This document shows, piece after piece, positions 30,401 through 32,000 of a stretch of 32,000 nt of DNA. A program made the translations under genes and the position numbers. The DNA comes from Candidatus Saccharimonadota bacterium (GTDB taxonomy: Bacteria; Patescibacteriota; Saccharimonadia; Saccharimonadales; UBA4665), in NCBI GenBank assembly GCA_963716945.1, contig OY970322.1, forward strand, positions 360,001-392,000, written 5' to 3'. Within the stretch, counting starts at the first letter, position 1. Every line of letters begins with the position of its first letter. Under the pieces are notes generated by a model. The model made no database searches and was not told where the DNA came from. It saw only the letters and a list, made by a program, of their open reading frames with translations.

Positions 30401-32000
30401 GCAACAACGCCACCGCCAGCTCTTCGACAACCTTAGTCATCGGTTCGACTGTCGGTACCAGTCCGGTGACTGTCCAGTCCGGTACTTCCGGCACCACTTT
30501 CACGCCGGCCGGTGGCAGCTCCAACACCGGCGTGCTGGTAAAACCGGTGTCTAACACCACTGCCGCCTTCCAAGTCCAAAACACCAGTAACGCCGCCGTC
30601 CTGAACGTCGACGCGACTAACGGCACCACCACCCTGCAGGTGGCCACCGGCAACGACACGGCCACCCTTGGCGCCAACCTGGCCCCGACCAACTTCAGCA
30701 CCGGCTGGACCGGCACCAACTGGACGCTCGCCAGCACCACTGCCGCCCACAACGCCCTGTCCGGCCACACCCAGGCCTTGTCGCCGACCACGCCCTTGGC
30801 CACCACCTCCGGCCAGGTCTACCAGATCAGCTACACCATCACCAACCCGACTACCGCCGGCACCAGCCTGACGGTGGCCCTGGGCAGCACTACCATAGCC
30901 TTCTACAACTTCGACGCTAACACGGCCGGCACCTACAGCTTCACCGACACCGTCATGGCGACCGCCCCCAGCAATAATGCCAACCTGACCTTCACGCCTG
31001 ATGCCTCCGGCCTGTTCACCGGCACCATATCGGCCGTTTCGGTCCAACTGGTGACCCAAAGCACCCACCCGGCTCTGGTAGTCGACAACGCTTCCGGCAA
31101 CCCCAACGTCCAGCTGCGGGCCAGTTCCGACACCCACAGCCTGCTCTTAGGCTTTGACGCCGGCGAATCCAACAGCAGCGGCACCAACAACACCGCCGTC
31201 GGTACCTATAGCTTGCAGGACAACGGCAGCGGTTCCTCCAACGTCGCCGTCGGTACCTTCGCTCTCCAGAATAACGCTTCCGGCAACGACAACAGCGCCT
31301 TGGGCTACGAGGCTCTCCAGTTCAACACTTCCGGCGGCCAGAACACGGCTATCGGCTACAATACTCTCAGCAGCAACACCACCGGCAGTTACAACGTGGC
31401 TGTCGGCAGCAACGGCCTGGCGTCCAACACCTTAGGCTACTCCAACACCGCCGTCGGCATAGCCACCTTGCAGAACAACACCACCGGCTCCGGCAACATA
31501 GCCCTGGGCAACAACACCTTGGAGAACAACACCACCGGCAACGGCAACATCGGCATCGGCGGCCTGGGCGATAACACTACCGGCAGTAACAACGTCGCTA
31601 TCGGCGGCCTGGGCAGCAACAATGGTTACTCCAACGTCGCTGTTGGTACCTTCAGCCTATACAACAGCACCGGCGTCAGCAACGACACAGCCATCGGTTA
31701 CCAGGCTTTGCAAAACGACGTCGGCGGCAGCTACAACGTCGGCCTGGGCTACGGCGCCAACGTGCTCAACGGCAGCCTGAACCTTAGCGGCGCCGACGCC
31801 ATCGGGGCCGGCACTCAAGTCGGTGCCAGCAATACCACTATCCTGGGCTACGGCCTTGCCAACGGCGCCAACCAGGCCGTCGGCATCGGCACGTCCTTCG
31901 CCCCCAACGAACTGACGGTCAGCCCGCAGACTTACGGCACCAACGGCACCGTAGGCAGCGGCACGACCATCACCCAGGGCAGCGGCTCCGGTACGGTTAC
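21472..32000 (+). CDS. Giant membrane-anchored mosaic surface protein (more than 3,509 codons, 3' end beyond window): fibre-like modules, Kelch-like propeller, FN3-like, LVIVD-like propeller, Asn/Gly/Thr repeat
   Basis: I translated frame 1 (aligned to the line starts) by hand from ATG 21472 to 32000 and found no stop codon. N-terminus MAIENNGLDGVNQGLDYDSS...FRRFFSVPYHRALLLTNAIIIAIILLIGGTFFLLSAH gives a TM anchor. No frame-1 plus-strand ORF is listed in the track for this span, as expected if open-ended ORFs were omitted (infC at the other edge is also missing). Confidence 0.88.
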   Translation, partial: MAIENNGLDGVNQGLDYDSSLETGTGLTPPPQDTPPQPQGHAFRRFFSVPYHRALLLTNAIIIAIILLIGGTFFLLSAHSKQPSNDSTGNKPTSYATSSLPVQNVQTNEQLQISEANQLSINGQVTIGDTLVLSPTATPASPVTGQIYYNQSNNTPYYYNGSQFVSLAPNAVPQQYVSSLGGSAGGIGVGSSLTLSGNQLNVSPGLLQTISSLSSTTGSLSGPRVTSLQGLTGAVTLSAGPGISLNGTTIASSGVLSLVSGSASIAVSNNGNGNYTVSETPNAGVTLLNGLGGVLVLANSAGSGSTITIDNAAADGSTKGIATFNSTNFTAAGGVVNTIQDVDIAATPTFAGLTVQGAGGLTIGLPGTNNGQLKLANSTGSQEVVLQGLNPSGIGGNATIDFPSIAGGTTDTVCLFSLGNCSAAGNGVTSPGGTTNQVAKFTGSRVVGDSGITDDGTNVTIGGGEGLVAGTITASTLQSAGTLSITPGANLTLGASNHQFLLQGNGGSTLSVSSSGNTTTVGFVLPTANRTINFPDESGTVCLQNSPNCGFAAGGSGVTSLNGLTGVLSIADATGAGSTVTIQDASTSQLGLAQFNASDFTVSSGVVDTIQGITTGSSVQFGSLTLGTGGNLNVSPTGTLFVDTIKTTLTGSGNISIYSDGAGSNINFYTDGGANSFMFPTTGGTGQTICTSGITCASGGGQAVILEPGTGSGTVQTASSNRTAIWVNKASGSGNLIELQDGGNDAFVIDNAGNTTITTGSVTNNFSVGGTLGVNTITPTGSLTIGATNQAFTLQGNSGSVITATGGGALTSVGFAIGSGPTAPNGNVTYQFENDNNVSPGTYTVCTTAGNCAGVGGSITGTGTAGKLAVFTAPGAIGSSIISDNGSGTVTVGGNLAVGTSGASQLSLGVASGADGTLVFNNSTNNNLVTIQEAAAPAGNVTIKLPNQSGTVAVSATGPLSLDATTGQLSCATCLTSGGGGAGGVTSLNGLTGVLSIADATGAGSTVTIQDASTSQLGLAQFNASDFTVSSGVVDTIQGITTTSSPTFNNLTLQGATGLTIGSATNLGQLMFKDGTADGFTSKFSPATLTGNQTITVPNASGTLAVSASGNLSLSALGALTITNSPTFSGNLTVQGSGGITVGTNSQPGNLVLEDGNGASNHTATLQPFATLGQDTVYTLPDPGTGTVNICLSTGNCAGAGAGVTASSPTQNYVPKFGVGNVIANSELYDNGFVGVNTVTNKGQLSVVSGGAGESSLYVQQSAASATVPVAIIQGGATPGAGADLLDLKTSSSVVAKFDNAGNLSNTGTISAGTGFQVNGAAPSGDYLRGNGTSYVASALLAGDLSGTLFSLQASGGASQAVVSGGTVSILAGSSGNLTTTASATDTVTVDIVNNPTFTGDVTLSGSGTGLSVTNSATIGNGLTVSAGGAAITGNSTINGTLGSLTGLSSSGTITFSGLGTGVLQATSGVLSAYGGGLVTGIVDGVGTSHSGAITISNSTYTGPSTITINNAKADGSTKGIATFNATNFQDNGSGVINTIQDISSSSSPTFSNLNVQGSTGLTVGVAGSTVGNLILANATSGREVILQGANPTLGTGGNATITIPSIAGGGSDTVCLLTLGNCTGGTVSVSGSATANYVTKFTGTGNAISTSQIFDNGSFVGINTTTNSGQLSVVSGSTGESGLYVQESAASATVPVAVIQGGAMPGAGADLLDLKTSSALVAKFDNGGNLQFQQASTVNIASAATGTQLTVKGGSATASTNAGGNLLLEGGAGASTGASGSVIVQSNGNNSTTAFEVQNAGSQNLLQVDTVNNGITLNGGNSGATNSWSTNANALPTALACSTSVTANGYVYLIGGNTAGCGSVSAVSTVYYAKLNADGSTGTWTTNANALPAARNCATSVTANGYVYVMGGASGSSSCNGTVQSTVYYAKLNSDGSTGAWTTGSNPLPTALACATSVTANGYVYVIGGGSGASGCNGTAVSTVYYAKLNADGSTGAWTTSANPLTAARACATSVTANGYVYVMGGASGACGGSGTVQSTVYYAQLNSDGSTSGWTTNANALPAARACGSSVAANGYVYFLGGSSGTGGACNLGTAQATVYYAQLSNNGSTGTWTTNANALPTAEACTSSITVNGYIYVIGGSTGSNVCGSGTAASTVYYASLARITVNASLDLVGLQGGNLSNPGDQSTGSAGGSLTAGNGLFVGSLQVQGQTSLAQGLAVNGNVTANGSALFQDNTNSTTAFQIQGSAGSAAAVLTADTVNSRIGVDVTYAAMGAPTQNNTSTATTGGTLAATTYYYKVTALDAAGGESLPSNEKSQVTTGSTSTVTLTWTSVTGAVAYKIYRGTTALGGSGSEVYLTTTTGTASAGNLTYVDTGSVTAGAATPPTSNTAYVATNTSSSNLQLSVGGIGTPTGQLYVAGLLPASTIGSVSTGTAVQGVYVQGRYAYTVSSGTNTLQVIDVSSPNTPVSVGSAAVGTSPGGVYVQGRYAYVTGTGTNLFLVYDVSNPASPAKVASLSTGASSTPGPLYVSGRYAYVADTGTDNIQIFDISNPLTPVSVATISTGASTVPKSIYVQGRYAYVVATTSTFEVFDVSNPASPVMVSDVSTGSQSPAAVYVQGRYAYVSGSASSGNFQVFDVSNPASPVIVGSTLIASNSFTGAGIYVQGRYAYVTSGYPGVSTPAFSAVDISDPVAPHVIGTTMTTSSTFALKTVYVQGRYAYVGDNDGGTLQIFDLGGTYTQELQAGGIEASTLQVDSNASVAGDESIQGGLSLGANLQVAGNAGINGNLNLTASTISTPTAPTLTSSGSGGTLAAATYYYQLAAVGADGTTAAVASSPASVTDSGSTSKNTLTWSAVTGATAYIVYESTNGTTWFYNEVTSGTTSIVDNGTNFTWTNSGTPPSTSTTGGNLTVGGTVLFQTKANSTTAFQVQNAAGNNFIQVDTNGANLYLGNTGIASTIQVGNTTGAVAQTIDIGNNATASSSTTLVIGSTVGTSPVTVQSGTSGTTFTPAGGSSNTGVLVKPVSNTTAAFQVQNTSNAAVLNVDATNGTTTLQVATGNDTATLGANLAPTNFSTGWTGTNWTLASTTAAHNALSGHTQALSPTTPLATTSGQVYQISYTITNPTTAGTSLTVALGSTTIAFYNFDANTAGTYSFTDTVMATAPSNNANLTFTPDASGLFTGTISAVSVQLVTQSTHPALVVDNASGNPNVQLRASSDTHSLLLGFDAGESNSSGTNNTAVGTYSLQDNGSGSSNVAVGTFALQNNASGNDNSALGYEALQFNTSGGQNTAIGYNTLSSNTTGSYNVAVGSNGLASNTLGYSNTAVGIATLQNNTTGSGNIALGNNTLENNTTGNGNIGIGGLGDNTTGSNNVAIGGLGSNNGYSNVAVGTFSLYNSTGVSNDTAIGYQALQNDVGGSYNVGLGYGANVLNGSLNLSGADAIGAGTQVGASNTTILGYGLANGANQAVGIGTSFAPNELTVSPQTYGTNGTVGSGTTITQGSGSGTV
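23146..23315 (+). repeat. Copy 1 of a perfect 170-bp in-frame intragenic duplication
   Basis: acctccctgaacggcctgaccggc...atacaggggattacgac is identical base for base to 24427-24596. It encodes TSLNGLTGVLSIADATGAGSTVTIQDASTSQLGLAQFNASDFTVSSGVVDTIQGITT. Confidence 0.95.
24427..24596 (+). repeat. Copy 2 of the perfect 170-bp duplication (offset 1281 nt = 427 codons)
   Basis: Compared base by base with 23146-23315. Identity breaks immediately outside both ends (g/c at -2, c/g at +1). Confidence 0.95.
26950..27965 (+). repeat. Six tandem Kelch-like blades (168-177 nt each) inside the giant CDS
   Basis: The unit W(T/S)T..N.LP.A(R/L).C..SVTANGYVYV(I/M)GG....C.....STVYYAKLN.DGSTG starts at 27001, 27169, 27340, 27511, 27682 and 27859. 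Confidence 0.8.
28780..29690 (+). repeat. Seven tandem LVIVD-like repeats (129-150 nt each) inside the giant CDS
   Basis: The core (V/I)YVQGRYAYV...(F/I)(Q/E)V(F/I)DVSNPASPV occurs at 28792, 28921, 29056, 29191, 29320, 29461 and 29611. The DNA core tacgtccaaggccgctacgcttacgta is identical in copies 4-6. Confidence 0.8.
31189..31764 (+). repeat. About 12 tandem 17-residue (51-nt) Asn/Gly/Thr-rich repeats, N(T/V)A(V/I)G..(A/S)L..N(T/A)(T/S)G..
   Basis: The N-x-A-x-G motif starts at 31189, 31240, 31291, 31342, 31393, 31444, 31495 and 31546 (exact 51-nt period), then 31591, 31633, 31684 and 31735. Confidence 0.8.

Noticed and set aside
21493-31622. Dozens of track ORFs (60-333 aa) on the minus strand and in plus frame 2 across 21.5-31.6 kb
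   Set aside because: All of them overlap the continuous frame-1 giant ORF. Their translations are low-complexity P/A/V/R/G strings typical of off-frame readings of a GC-rich, codon-biased gene. Their apparent 'repeats' (for example SEALNWARPSWLVEASW...) are just the antisense image of the 170-bp duplication.
26950-31764. Tandem DNA repeats (171-nt, about 135-nt, 51-nt periods) as CRISPR arrays or DGR template/variable repeats
   Set aside because: All periods are multiples of 3 and in frame within the giant ORF. The units are contiguous, with no unique spacers. No cas gene or reverse transcriptase is present, and no adenine-specific mismatch pattern separates the copies.
21472-32000. The giant gene as a prophage tail-fibre gene
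   Set aside because: Some repeats do resemble tail-fibre motifs. However, the protein has an N-terminal TM anchor and cellular adhesin-type propellers. No capsid, terminase, baseplate, integrase or lysis gene is nearby, and the upstream neighbours are a sortase and its substrate.

Overview
This window looks like a chromosomal segment from a GC-rich Saccharibacteria (TM7, Candidate Phyla Radiation) genome. The 16S rRNA gene carries the target sites of the TM7-specific probes TM7-567 and TM7-905 as I recall them. Housekeeping genes: infC (partial, apparent AUC start), comM/yifB, gyrB-gyrA, one 16S rRNA gene with no 23S behind it, and tRNA-Ala(UGC) and tRNA-Ile(GAU) on the opposite strand. Cell-envelope modules sit between them: (i) a plus-strand operon ending in a 1029-aa VirD4/TraG/TraD-like P-loop ATPase, convergent with a minus-strand operon encoding an LPNTG-anchored surface protein; (ii) after the tRNAs, a secreted beta-helix-like protein with a TPNTG sorting signal, a class-F-like sortase, and a giant ORF (21472 to beyond 32000, more than 3,509 codons). 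The giant ORF is missing from the supplied ORF track because it has no stop in the window. I translated it by hand. It has an N-terminal TM anchor, four fibre-like modules closed by Cys loops, a 6-blade Kelch-like propeller, a 7-blade LVIVD-like propeller flanked by FN3-like modules, and a 51-nt-periodic Asn/Gly/Thr repeat. It also contains a perfect in-frame 170-bp duplication. Most track ORFs antisense to these genes, and those inside the 16S gene, are artefacts. No CRISPR array, transposase, integrase or reverse transcriptase was seen.
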